Positions 48,664 through 57,791 of a DNA stretch of 64,000 nucleotides are shown in pieces. The translations under genes and the position numbers were made by a program. Where the stretch lies: positions 86,190 through 150,189 of the forward strand of contig JBMNIW010000011.1 in NCBI GenBank assembly GCA_050951325.1. The letters run 5' to 3'. The notes under the pieces were generated by a model. That model was not told the DNA's origin and did not search any database. It was given only the letters and a program-made list of their open reading frames with translations. The DNA is from Clostridia bacterium. Its GTDB lineage: Bacteria; Bacillota; Clostridia; UBA1212; DUPL01. The stretch's first letter is position 1. The number at the start of each line of letters is the position of its first letter.

Positions 48664-50422
48664 ATCCCACATTTCCTTTGTCACTTTTTATAAACTTTTC
48701 AACGTATCTCTTGATCTTTCTTGTAGTTGTCTTTTCAAATTCCTCTTCCCTTATGTGAACTTCCTTGATAGCCTTGTGAACAGGTACTGTCTTGTTCACC
48801 TTTTTGATTTCATTCCAGATGAGAGCTTTTACAGCATCAGGGGTGGTATCATCAAAGCCTGCTTCCTTAATGGCTTCATAATTGGGAACTACGGTTGCAT
48901 GTACTTCGGTGTCTCCGTCGTCCTTGTTGTCGTATCCCCAAACTATGCTTTCAAGGACATAAGGAATGTGTTTGATTTTTTCCTCAAGTTCTTCCGGATA
49001 GATGTTCTTTCCGGTCTTGGTAACAATTATGTTCTTTATGCGCCCGCAGATGTACAACCTTCCTTTTTTGTCCATTCTGCCCAGGTCACCTGTGTAGAAC
49101 CATCCGTCCCTTAATACTTCGGCTGTTGCTTCAGGATCCTTGTAATATCCAAGCATTACATTCTTTCCTTTTACAAGTATCTCGCCTACTCCGTCCTCGT
49201 TAGGATTGTTTATCTTTATTTCAACGCCAGGCATTGCAGGACCAACGGAAGCATTGTTTACATCCGTCTCTCTGTTAACACAGACTATTGGCGAACATTC
49301 CGTAAGACCGTATCCCTGACGCACATTTATACCCATGCGCTGAATGTCGTGGGATATCTTCGGACTCATTGCCGCAGCACCTGCGATTACAAGTCTCAGG
49401 TTTCCTCCAAGAGATTCGTGCACTGTCTTGAAAAACTTTTTCCTAATATCTATACCCAGACTGTACAAAACGCCCGATATGAAGAGAAGGGCTTTAAAGG
49501 CAAGGTACTTCGCCGTTTTCTCTCTGGCCTTTTTCAATATTTTTGAATGAACGCCTTCAAGAATAAGAGGCACAAGCATTATTATGCTGGGTTTGTACTC
49601 ATTTATGTTCTTCGCAATATATCTTATTCCGTCACAGAAAGCTACACGGCAACCGTTATACATCATTACGAGGAATCCGCATGTACATTCGTATGTATGA
49701 TGCAAAGGCAATATGGAAAGAGCCGAATCCCTGTAGTCATATTCCAGACACTGTGTAACAGATTCTATGTTGAAGCATATGTTCTTTTGAGAAAGCATTA
49801 CTCCTTTTGGTATTCCTGTTGTTCCTGATGTGAACAGAAGAACACTGACTTTATTGCTATCTATTTCCACATCGACGTATCTAGTGTCGCCTTCGTCCAG
49901 CAACTTTTGTCCTTCCTGAATCAGCTGTGATATGGTGTAACATTTTTTGCCTTCAATATCTATCTCCATATCATCCATGCATATGAGATATTCTGCAATA
50001 TCCGACTGCTTTGCGAATTCTTCAATTACCTTCGTCATTTTTCCTGAAAAGATTATGGCTTTTGCCTCGGATCTTTTTATCAGGTTTGCAATTTCCTCTG
50101 CTTTAAGCTCCTTGTCTATTGGAACTACGACGTTTCCACCGCAAGTTACTGTCAGATAACCCAGACACCATTCATATCGGTTCTCACCTACCAGGGCAAT
50201 AGGTACATCCACTAGTCCTAGATTTGCAAGAGCGGTGCCCAAGCTGTCAATTTCATTTTTAAGTTCTATGTATGTAATATGCCTGTACTCAGGTGCGTCT
50301 CCATTTTTTTTCTTTGCTATGAAAGCTTCTTTGTCTCCAAAAAGCTTCACGCTCTGATTTATCAATTGCTTAAAGTTATCAACCGGTTTTGCTTTTATTA
50401 TGTGTTGTTTCAAAACACTCAA
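48662..50422 (-). CDS. Long-chain fatty acid-CoA ligase (AMP-binding)
   Basis: FTSGTTGIPKGV, QGYGLTE, FYTGDLG, GRIKNII, GKNIYPEE. Confidence 0.9.
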   Translation of the reverse strand: MSVLKQHIIKAKPVDNFKQLINQSVKLFGDKEAFIAKKKNGDAPEYRHITYIELKNEIDSLGTALANLGLVDVPIALVGENRYEWCLGYLTVTCGGNVVVPIDKELKAEEIANLIKRSEAKAIIFSGKMTKVIEEFAKQSDIAEYLICMDDMEIDIEGKKCYTISQLIQEGQKLLDEGDTRYVDVEIDSNKVSVLLFTSGTTGIPKGVMLSQKNICFNIESVTQCLEYDYRDSALSILPLHHTYECTCGFLVMMYNGCRVAFCDGIRYIAKNINEYKPSIIMLVPLILEGVHSKILKKAREKTAKYLAFKALLFISGVLYSLGIDIRKKFFKTVHESLGGNLRLVIAGAAAMSPKISHDIQRMGINVRQGYGLTECSPIVCVNRETDVNNASVGPAMPGVEIKINNPNEDGVGEILVKGKNVMLGYYKDPEATAEVLRDGWFYTGDLGRMDKKGRLYICGRIKNIIVTKTGKNIYPEELEEKIKHIPYVLESIVWGYDNKDDGDTEVHATVVPNYEAIKEAGFDDTTPDAVKALIWNEIKKVNKTVPVHKAIKEVHIREEEFEKTTTRKIKRYVEKFIKSDKGNVG

Positions 50423-50588
50423 CCCTTTCGAATAAATGTTTCTTTGTATTATAAACCAAGCAGTTTAAAATTACAATATTAAAAATTTGTTATATCCTTG
50501 AATAAATAAGCTTTTAAAAGCAATTCACCTATAGTATAATACTATAGCCACTATATATTACGCAAAATTAAAACAGGAGTGAACACTT

Positions 50589-51059
50589 TTGGATTTTAAA
50601 GGGATTTTGAACTTTGTTAAGAGAAACAGAAAGCTTTTACTTTTTTTAATTCTGGCCTTTATTGAAATATTTGACTTGTTTTGCTTGAGTCTTATTGCAA
50701 ATAATAGATTTACCACTTTTTCGGAATCACTTTTGGGAAAATTACGATTCAACACACTTACACCTAGACCTGTAATATATGACGACATGCTGAGATTTAC
50801 TACATACGTACTATCCTTCGTGGTAGGTGGAACTCTTGTCTTTGTCGTGGTCAAGCTGACCGGAAAACTAGCCAAAGGCAAAGAACTTATAAACTACGAG
50901 GCATTGTCCCTGATTCCTTTGGCTCTGTTCGTCATCATATTTTTGTCAGGTTCTTTTGCAACGAATTTTAGCACCAGATGGCTGAATCCACTGCTGACAT
51001 ACGTTGGCGGAGTTTTTCTTTACTTTCTTTCATGTATTAAAATGAAAGTTAATTATTAA
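50589..51059 (+). CDS. Hypothetical membrane protein (4 TM)
   Basis: AGGAG RBS, TTG start, four hydrophobic segments. Confidence 0.65.
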   Translation: MDFKGILNFVKRNRKLLLFLILAFIEIFDLFCLSLIANNRFTTFSESLLGKLRFNTLTPRPVIYDDMLRFTTYVLSFVVGGTLVFVVVKLTGKLAKGKELINYEALSLIPLALFVIIFLSGSFATNFSTRWLNPLLTYVGGVFLYFLSCIKMKVNY

Positions 51060-51697
51060 AACTCGTATTCTTTCAGTATATCATTCAGGTCATTTACATA
51101 AATATCTGCTTTTTCTTCCAAAAGCTTTTCCCTGTCTCCAATTCCATACAAGACTCCACAAGTGTGAGCTCCGCATGCCTTTCCTGTGCGTATATCGGTG
51201 TATGTATCACCTATCATGATAGTTTCACAGCTTTTTGCATTGTTCCTTTCCATGCAGATGATAATACCTTCCGGATCAGGCTTCATCCTTTTCAGAGATT
51301 CAGGGCCCAATACCGTGTTGAAGTAGCTGTCCACTTCCAGTATTTTAAGTATTTTCTTCACCAAAGGCTCGGGCTTGTTTGATAGAACACACATGGCTCC
51401 GCCTTTGTCACTTATGTGTTGTAGAAACTTTTTTACTCCCGGATAAAGAGTGGTATCAACGACAGCGTGTTCGTAATAGTAGTTCGTGTACCATTCAAGT
51501 TCTTTTTCAGTTGAACCGGGGAGGGTCTTATCTATGAGATATTTTGCTCCGAATCCAACGTATGTTATTATTTCATCTTCATCCATCACCTTGTAATTAA
51601 AGTTCTCTTGTGTTGCTTTTACGCTTCTTGCAATATCTTTTGCAGAATCAACCAATACTCCGTCAAAATCAAATACTGCCAGTTTAATTTTTGTCAT
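51056..51697 (-). CDS. HAD-family phosphatase (phosphoglycolate phosphatase-like)
   Basis: FDFDGVL, LSNK, KPDP, IGDTYTD. Confidence 0.9.
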   Translation of the reverse strand: MTKIKLAVFDFDGVLVDSAKDIARSVKATQENFNYKVMDEDEIITYVGFGAKYLIDKTLPGSTEKELEWYTNYYYEHAVVDTTLYPGVKKFLQHISDKGGAMCVLSNKPEPLVKKILKILEVDSYFNTVLGPESLKRMKPDPEGIIICMERNNAKSCETIMIGDTYTDIRTGKACGAHTCGVLYGIGDREKLLEEKADIYVNDLNDILKEYEF

Positions 51698-51869
51698 CTG
51701 TTAATCCTTTCCTCCATCTAAAACATTTTATGCTGCTCCCACAATATCCCTTTTGTTCGTCATTTATTCCGGGAGCTTTAACGATGCAAATTTCAATTTA
51801 ACCAATTTGTTTATGGTATTCCAGATAAAAAGTTGCATTTTGATACAATTTGAACATCTTGACTTTAAT

Positions 51870-52045
51870 CATGAAAATCCTCTCCCACTAAATTTCTATG
51901 GGCAGGATGAGTATATGAAGGTGTCAATGGTAGCATCCGTTAGATTCTGGCAGACACCAGCATGCCAATCCGGCAGAGTCATCAACTGGTCCTCCGTTGA
52001 AAATCAGTATTTCGAACACAGACCCATTTGGGTATGTTATTCTAT
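51870..52045 (-). other. Structured non-coding element of unknown class (candidate ncRNA or IS-end relic)
   Basis: GC-richer than its flanks, with at least five stems; ends in a hairpin-embedded GGGAGAGG RBS and an ATG at 51872 that opens only 24 codons. Confidence 0.4.
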
Positions 52046-52053
52046 TCAACCAT

Positions 52054-52404
52054 CTATATATCCTGATTAGAAGGCCTTGCTCCATCTTTCCACAAACGTT
52101 CCAGATTGTAATATTCCCTTTCCTCCTCTAGAAACAGATGCACTACAACATCGAGGTAATCAAGCAATATCCATCTGGCAGTGTCATAACCTTCTATATG
52201 GGAGCATTCCCTTCCTTCTTCCTTTAGTTTGAAAATTACCTCATCTGCAAGTCCCTTCAGATGTGTTGTCGACGTTCCGCTTGCTATGATAAAGTAGTCA
52301 GTAATGATTGTCTTTCCCGATGTGTCGATGACAACTATTTCCTTTCCCTTGCGGTTGTCAAGCGCATCCTTTATTATTTCAGCCAGTTGTTTTGAATCCA
52401 TCAA
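52054..52404 (-). CDS. rsfS: Ribosomal silencing factor RsfS (Iojap)
   Basis: DYFIIASGTSTTHLKGLADEV...EGYDTARWILLDYLDVVVHLF...YYNLERLW. Confidence 0.95.
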   Translation of the reverse strand: MMDSKQLAEIIKDALDNRKGKEIVVIDTSGKTIITDYFIIASGTSTTHLKGLADEVIFKLKEEGRECSHIEGYDTARWILLDYLDVVVHLFLEEEREYYNLERLWKDGARPSNQDI

Positions 52405-53606
52405 GTCACTTCCCTTTCGCTTTTTTTCTTTAATTCTGTTAGATAATAGTTCCTTGTTTGTATTGTTTCTATGCGTATCAGTACATTCTTGTCCAAGAGG
52501 TACTTTATTGTATTATCGCATGCAGCTATTATACCATTAACCAGTCCCTTGTCCAATTCATTCCTAATCTTATCATATACGACTCCTCGTCTGTTTACTT
52601 CAGTATAGTCAGCAAGAAACACTATCTGCTCTAGAAGTGTCATTCCTGGTCTGCCGGTTACATGGTTTTCTATGGCATCCAACACCTCTGTATCAGTTAT
52701 ACCATATCTTTGCGCTGCAATAATACGGCCTGCTCTGGCATGTAGAACATCAACATTGAATCCGTTGACGAGCTCCTCTTCCGTAGCGTCTGTGGAAACT
52801 CCCAGCCACTTGTACTGCTCAATATCCATATCCTTAGCACAGTCATGCAACAGTCCTGCAAGTTTGCAATTTTCCTGGTCCACCCCATATATTTTCCCCA
52901 AACGCTCGCATTCATCCACTACTCCCAGAGTATGGATGTATCTCTTTTCACTTAATCTTCCCTCGAGGTCTTTCTTAATCTCCTCAAAACCCATTGCCTT
53001 TCTCTCCCTGTAGAGATTGTTCGATAAAATGTAAGTATATACCTTTTCAGGGATATACATCTTTACATCCTTTCCCTCTTCAAGCAACTCCCTTATCCTG
53101 GTGGAAGATATGTCAATTTGGGGTGCGTCCACCACATGAATTTTTGCTCCACCCGCTTCCGCTTTCTCCCTTGCATTATCAAGGACAAATCCGGGACGTC
53201 TTAACACCACAAACTCGCAGAGCTTGAAAACTTCATTGGATTCCTTCCAAGAGGTTATCTCACCAAGAACGTCGGTTCCAATGATGTAATAAAGTTTGAC
53301 ATCTCCAAATTTTTGCCTGTATTCTTTCGTTAAAGCCCTCAGGGTATCCACGGTGTAGCTATACCCATCCTTCTTCATTTCAATATCGGACACGGAAAAG
53401 GCGGGGTAATCCTTAATAGCCAGTTTCACCATCTCAAACCGGTGTCTTTCATCCGTAACAAAGGACGTGACCTTGTGGGGAGGTTGTCCATTCGGAATGA
53501 ATACAACCTCGTCCAGTTCAAGTGTTTTATATACGTATTCTGCGCTTTTAACATGTCCAATATGAATTGGATCAAATGTTCCTCCACTTATTCCTACTCT
53601 TATCAT
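52401..53606 (-). CDS. nadD: Fused nicotinate-nucleotide adenylyltransferase / YqeK HD-domain Ap4A hydrolase
   Basis: GGTFDPIHIGH, PPHK, SYTVDT, ISSTRIR, then RYIHTLGV, LLHDCAK, LHARAG, HVTG, FLADYTE. Confidence 0.93.
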   Translation of the reverse strand: MIRVGISGGTFDPIHIGHVKSAEYVYKTLELDEVVFIPNGQPPHKVTSFVTDERHRFEMVKLAIKDYPAFSVSDIEMKKDGYSYTVDTLRALTKEYRQKFGDVKLYYIIGTDVLGEITSWKESNEVFKLCEFVVLRRPGFVLDNAREKAEAGGAKIHVVDAPQIDISSTRIRELLEEGKDVKMYIPEKVYTYILSNNLYRERKAMGFEEIKKDLEGRLSEKRYIHTLGVVDECERLGKIYGVDQENCKLAGLLHDCAKDMDIEQYKWLGVSTDATEEELVNGFNVDVLHARAGRIIAAQRYGITDTEVLDAIENHVTGRPGMTLLEQIVFLADYTEVNRRGVVYDKIRNELDKGLVNGIIAACDNTIKYLLDKNVLIRIETIQTRNYYLTELKKKSEREVT

Positions 53607-53622
53607 ACTGTCTCCTTACGAA

Positions 53623-53649
53623 AAAAAGCATCCATTAAATGGATGCTTG
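53623..53649 (-). terminator. Terminator hairpin upstream of nadD
   Basis: AAGCATCCAT-TAA-ATGGATGCTT with an A tract on the + strand (U tract on minus). Confidence 0.7.
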
Positions 53650-53673
53650 ATTTAGTACGTGAGCTTGTTATAC

Positions 53674-54012
53674 CTATTTTTTTGGTACCTTTTTATCCAT
53701 GGCTTTTCCAAAACTGTACCATGAACGTCTTAAACTCGCTCTTACATCAACATCAATAACCCATTCAATTGCATTGTACAACTGTCGTCTCATCTCCAGG
53801 TATTCCGCCCTGTCAAACTCGTCTTTTGCAAGCACTTCATCCATTTTGTCGATCCATTCAATTACGTTTTGAATGCCCGGCACTTTTGGATCTACTTTCT
53901 TTTTCAAATGCATAACGACAAGCTTAACTGATCTTTTTTGTAGGTCTGCATCTGTAAGCTCTTTTTTTCTTTTTTTGCTTACAACAGCATTATCACCGCG
54001 ATTAGCAGTCAT
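53674..54012 (-). CDS. Hypothetical helical protein
   Basis: Start MTANRG at 54012 behind GGAGTG; 112 aa, basic and helical. Confidence 0.7.
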   Translation of the reverse strand: MTANRGDNAVVSKKRKKELTDADLQKRSVKLVVMHLKKKVDPKVPGIQNVIEWIDKMDEVLAKDEFDRAEYLEMRRQLYNAIEWVIDVDVRASLRRSWYSFGKAMDKKVPKK

Positions 54013-54169
54013 TTGCTTCACTCCAATCCTGTCTTTTGGCCAATATCCAATTCTCCTTATTAACAATTTAATTATATCATTGCCATAAAAAAATATCAAG
54101 CATAAAAGTTTATTAACTTTTGCAAGGCTCTTATTATATATATGCAACAGGATTAATTATATTAACACG

Positions 54170-55531
54170 TCAGTTTCTAAGGCTGTGTATGGGTGCTGGA
54201 ATTCTTCCTCCTCTTTCTATAAACTTCTCACTTCCAAATGGGTTTACTTTCATTACAGGTCCTCTGCCTAAAAGACCTCCAAAATCCACAACATCACCAA
54301 CCTTTTTTCCAGGTGCCGGTATTATTCTGACCGCAGTCGTCTTATTGTTAACTACTCCAATAGCTACTTCATCTGCTATGATTGCGGATATCGTTGATGC
54401 CGGCGTGTCGCCTGGAACTACTATCATATCAAGTCCGACGGAGCATACGCAGGTCATTGCTTCCAGTTTCTCCAGCGACAATGCTCCCATGCCTACTGCG
54501 TTTATCATACCCTCGTCCTCGCTTACTGGTATGAAGGCACCGCTTAGCCCTCCCACATGGGAAGATGCCATTGTTCCGCCTTTCTTGACTGCATCATTCA
54601 ATACTGCGAGAGCAGCGGTGGTTCCATGTGCTCCACAGCATTCCAGTCCCATTTCCTCTAGTATCCTTGCCACGCTGTCGCCTATGGCTGGTGTGGGTGC
54701 AAGAGACAAATCCACAATTCCAAAAGGCACACCCATATTCCTGCTGGCTTCCTGGGCAATAAGCTGTCCCATTCTTGTTATCTTGAATGCTGTTTTCTTT
54801 ATTGTTTCTGCAAGTACTGTAAAATCCTTGTCCCGAACCTTTTCTATTGCGCTTTTAACTACTCCCGGTCCACTTACACCTACATTGATAACACACTCAG
54901 GCTCTCCTATTCCGTGGAAGGCGCCAGCCATGAACGGATTATCTTCGGGTGCATTGGCAAAGACAACAAGCCTTGCACATGCGCTTCCACCTGTTTCTTT
55001 AGAGAGCTCCGCTGCTTTTTTTATAAGATGTCCCATGTCTCTTATCGCATCCATGTTAATGCCGGCTTTTGTTGTCGCCACATTAACGCTTGAACAAACC
55101 CTTTCGGTTTCATTCAGTGCTTGTGGTATGGATTTGACAAGGGATTTATCTCCGTTGGTATAGCCTTTATGGACAAGGGCAGTGTATCCACCGATAAAAT
55201 TTACGCCAATTTCTTCCGCCGCCTTTTCAAGGCTTCTTGCTATCATTACGCAGTCTTCGGGACATACGTTTCCGACCAATAGCGATACGGGAGTTACTGC
55301 AATTCTTTTGTTAATTATGGGGATGCCCATTTCCTTTTCTATACTTCTGCAGACAGGCACAAGTCTGGATCCTGTTCTGCATATTTTGTCATATATTTTT
55401 TCACTTGTTCTCTTTATGTCTTCTGTCACACAATCCAGCAAATTTATGCCTAACGTGACAGTTCTGATATCCAGATGCTCTTCCTGTATCATTCTGACTG
55501 TTTGTGTTATTTCATCCGGTGATATGAACAT
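54170..55531 (-). CDS. UPF0210 / DUF711 (PFL-like) protein
   Basis: [68 protein letters not shown]. Confidence 0.93.
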   Translation of the reverse strand: MFISPDEITQTVRMIQEEHLDIRTVTLGINLLDCVTEDIKRTSEKIYDKICRTGSRLVPVCRSIEKEMGIPIINKRIAVTPVSLLVGNVCPEDCVMIARSLEKAAEEIGVNFIGGYTALVHKGYTNGDKSLVKSIPQALNETERVCSSVNVATTKAGINMDAIRDMGHLIKKAAELSKETGGSACARLVVFANAPEDNPFMAGAFHGIGEPECVINVGVSGPGVVKSAIEKVRDKDFTVLAETIKKTAFKITRMGQLIAQEASRNMGVPFGIVDLSLAPTPAIGDSVARILEEMGLECCGAHGTTAALAVLNDAVKKGGTMASSHVGGLSGAFIPVSEDEGMINAVGMGALSLEKLEAMTCVCSVGLDMIVVPGDTPASTISAIIADEVAIGVVNNKTTAVRIIPAPGKKVGDVVDFGGLLGRGPVMKVNPFGSEKFIERGGRIPAPIHSLRN

Positions 55532-55565
55532 GTCAATCTCCTATTCTCAGTCTATTTTAGTATAT

Positions 55566-55838
55566 TCAAATCCTGTGCATTGAGTTAAATACATCTACAT
55601 GCTGTAGCTGTGTGTTCAAGCCAAGTTCCTCGCCGATATTGTTCAGCTCTTCAGTGATCTCATCAATATTTTTAGTACTCTTGCTCAAATCCACCAGCAT
55701 TACCATGGTAAATATATTTTGCATGATAGTCTGGCTTATATCCAATATGTTTATATTTGCTTCAGCCAAGCATGTACTTATCCTTGCTGTTATTCCAACT
55801 CTATCTATTCCTATTACCGTCAATACTGCTTTTGTCAT
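55566..55838 (-). CDS. UPF0237 ACT-domain protein
   Basis: KAVLTVIGIDRVGI...NILDISQTIM...FNSMHRI; usual partner of DUF711. Confidence 0.92.
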   Translation of the reverse strand: MTKAVLTVIGIDRVGITARISTCLAEANINILDISQTIMQNIFTMVMLVDLSKSTKNIDEITEELNNIGEELGLNTQLQHVDVFNSMHRI

Positions 55839-55881
55839 AATACGCTCCTTTTAAAAAACGACCCGACGGGCCGTTTCTTGG

Positions 55882-56859
55882 TTAGTTATCTGTATCAATC
55901 TGAATAAATTCGAAACCTTGACTTCTCGCCTCTTTTATTAATTTAGGCAATAGATTCACATTATTAACGCTTGATGCTGAAAACGAGAAAACGGTCCCGT
56001 TGAACATGTAATCAATCATTCTATTGAATGCTTTCTGTTCCTCTGCTACATTGAGTACTCCCCAATCATTATAGTTGTAGGACCAGAGTACAACCTTGTA
56101 CCCCAATTCGGATACCAGTGCCAGGTCTCTTCTGCTGAAACTCTCGATATGCCTGTATGCCACCATTCTTACCGTGTTGTCATCGAGGATTTCCTGCAAT
56201 TTCTCTTCCATACTCAGAAGCTCATTTATTGCATCATCTACGGAAAGAGTTTGCAGCTGTCTTGATACGGAACCCCTGGTACCCAGCTGGTGTCCTTCGG
56301 CATGCATTCGTCTTATAACGTCATGATTAGCCTCTACATTCATGTATTCCTTTGTTAGGAAAAATGTCGCCTTTACGCCCTCTTCTTTCAATATGTTGAG
56401 TATTTCAACGGTTCTGTTGTCCTTGTCATCCCAACCCTCATTGAATGTAAGGGTTACAACCTTTTTGCCATCTATTTTATTCGTAAACACATAATCAAAT
56501 CCATCTACGAACTTGTTCAATTGCTGGTTAAATGTCGGATACTCAATACCGTTCTCGTCTTTCAATACCCCCCAATACCAGGTTGTGGTTTCAGTTGATT
56601 GTGAGCTTACATATCCCTTGTCTACTGTCGGGAACACAACAGGCGTCCTCTCCGGTGTAGGCGTAGGAGAAGGCGTGGGTGTTACATCCTCGTTTGTGGG
56701 TGTTGGCGTTTCGAGGGGCTGTGTTGTAGCACTTGGTGTTGGAGTCGGAGTAACGTGAACAACCGGGTCCTTGTCTCCCCTTCCAAATGCCCCAACTATT
56801 ATAAATATCGTAACAGCAATCAACAATATGCCTAGTGATATGAACTGACTCTTTTTCAT
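55882..56859 (-). CDS. Membrane-anchored polysaccharide deacetylase-like protein (CE4 fold, catalytic motifs degenerate)
   Basis: KVVTLTFNEGW, ILNILKEEGVKATFFLT, RMHAEGHQLG, LGYKVVLWS..YNDW resemble PdaA; N-terminal TM and PT linker. Confidence 0.78.
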   Translation of the reverse strand: MKKSQFISLGILLIAVTIFIIVGAFGRGDKDPVVHVTPTPTPSATTQPLETPTPTNEDVTPTPSPTPTPERTPVVFPTVDKGYVSSQSTETTTWYWGVLKDENGIEYPTFNQQLNKFVDGFDYVFTNKIDGKKVVTLTFNEGWDDKDNRTVEILNILKEEGVKATFFLTKEYMNVEANHDVIRRMHAEGHQLGTRGSVSRQLQTLSVDDAINELLSMEEKLQEILDDNTVRMVAYRHIESFSRRDLALVSELGYKVVLWSYNYNDWGVLNVAEEQKAFNRMIDYMFNGTVFSFSASSVNNVNLLPKLIKEARSQGFEFIQIDTDN

Positions 56860-57032
56860 TATATTTCATGCTCCAGTCGTAATTTAGTAGATTTTAACCA
56901 CATATATATTATCACATCAATGGACAAACGGCAATATTTCTAGTGGAAATATTGTAGTTTTTTTCTACGTATTCTTGACAAATTAGATTTATTCCAGTTG
57001 CATTCTGGGAAAAAATATTATAAATACAGGTG

Positions 57033-57061
57033 TTGACAATTCAATTTTTGTGTGTTAATAT
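57033..57061 (+). promoter_or_regulatory. Sigma-A promoter of tRNA-Pro
   Basis: TTGACA-N17-TAATAT with TG extension. Confidence 0.75.
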
Positions 57062-57085
57062 ATTCAAGCGTCGCAAATGACGTAT

Positions 57086-57161
57086 CGAGGTGTGGCGCAG
57101 CTGGGAGCGCGCGTGGTTTGGGACCATGAGGCCGCAGGTTCAATCCCTGTCACCTCGACCA
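57086..57161 (+). tRNA. tRNA-Pro (anticodon TGG)
   Basis: 76 nt; acceptor stem CGAGGTG/CACCTCG, anticodon arm CGTGG-TTTGGGA-CCATG, GGTTCAA T-loop, encoded CCA. Confidence 0.97.
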
Positions 57162-57207
57162 AAAAGCAACGACAATTTTCTACAAGAGGATTGTTGTTGC
57201 TTTTTTT
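57161..57207 (+). terminator. Terminator after tRNA-Pro
   Basis: AAAAAGCAACGACAAT...ATTGTTGTTGCTTTTTTT. Confidence 0.8.
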
Positions 57208-57265
57208 CTTCATATTATTTTGTGTAGGTTTGAAGGTAAATGATTCATTTATACTACAACAATGA

Positions 57266-57480
57266 ATTGAAACTGTAGATGAATTACTAGGGTATAATCA
57301 GTCCGAAAGAGAAAAGAATATCTTGTATACAGGGGGTCTAGCAAAGAATTTCATGAGCTCGATGAGCATACACTATGTTGGTATATGCTGGACCGATTGA
57401 AGGACAAACGTTACGATCCGATCCGCTATGAAAAGAGGTTTCAAACAATAATAGGTAAGCTAACATTGAACGCAAAGTAA
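57266..57480 (+). pseudogene. Probable degraded XRE-family regulator fragment
   Basis: Start-less frame IETVDELLGYNQSEREKNILY resembles the segment after an XRE HTH; a second frame continues EFHELDEHTLCWYMLDRL...TLNAK*. Confidence 0.35.
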
Positions 57481-57553
57481 CCGTCTGCATCTTTTTTATC
57501 AGTAGAACACATAATATGACACGAGTATCATTGATATTCGGATCTTTTACTTT

Positions 57554-57769
57554 TTACTCCTCTCTTTTTCGTTCCAGAGCAATGGTTGCAATGGCATTAA
57601 TCAGTGATAGTACAAAAAATATGATAAGCAGAGCGCTAGATATTTTATTTCCAAGAAAATTCATCCCCGGATTGAAAATATCTAGAATCCAGAGCGTAAT
57701 GAATATCAACGAGAGTATTACAACCATATTTGGCAGTATAAAAATTATCTTTCCTGTTAACTTCTTCAC
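57554..57769 (-). CDS. Small two-TM membrane protein
   Basis: GTG start behind AAGGGG; two TM helices around NPGMNF. Confidence 0.7.
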   Translation of the reverse strand: MKKLTGKIIFILPNMVVILSLIFITLWILDIFNPGMNFLGNKISSALLIIFFVLSLINAIATIALERKREE

Positions 57770-57791
57770 AAAATCCCCTTCTCTCTTGTCG

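Noticed and set aside
51975-52012. Possible c-di-AMP (ydaO) riboswitch suggested by CTGATT…GGAGGACCA on the minus strand
   Set aside because: Lacks the GGGG-GAAUC and CCCGUCAGCUAAC halves of the ydaO consensus
51753-52070. 105-aa plus-strand ORF
   Set aside because: No RBS, no protein-like motifs, opposite to both flanking genes; the region is better explained as non-coding
54120-55163. 347-aa plus-strand ORF
   Set aside because: Antisense shadow of the well-conserved DUF711 gene, with no RBS or motifs
57140-57161. att-site duplication of the tRNA-Pro 3' end
   Set aside because: No second copy noticed in the window and no integrase present
57077-57265. 62-aa ORF
   Set aside because: Overlaps tRNA-Pro and its terminator
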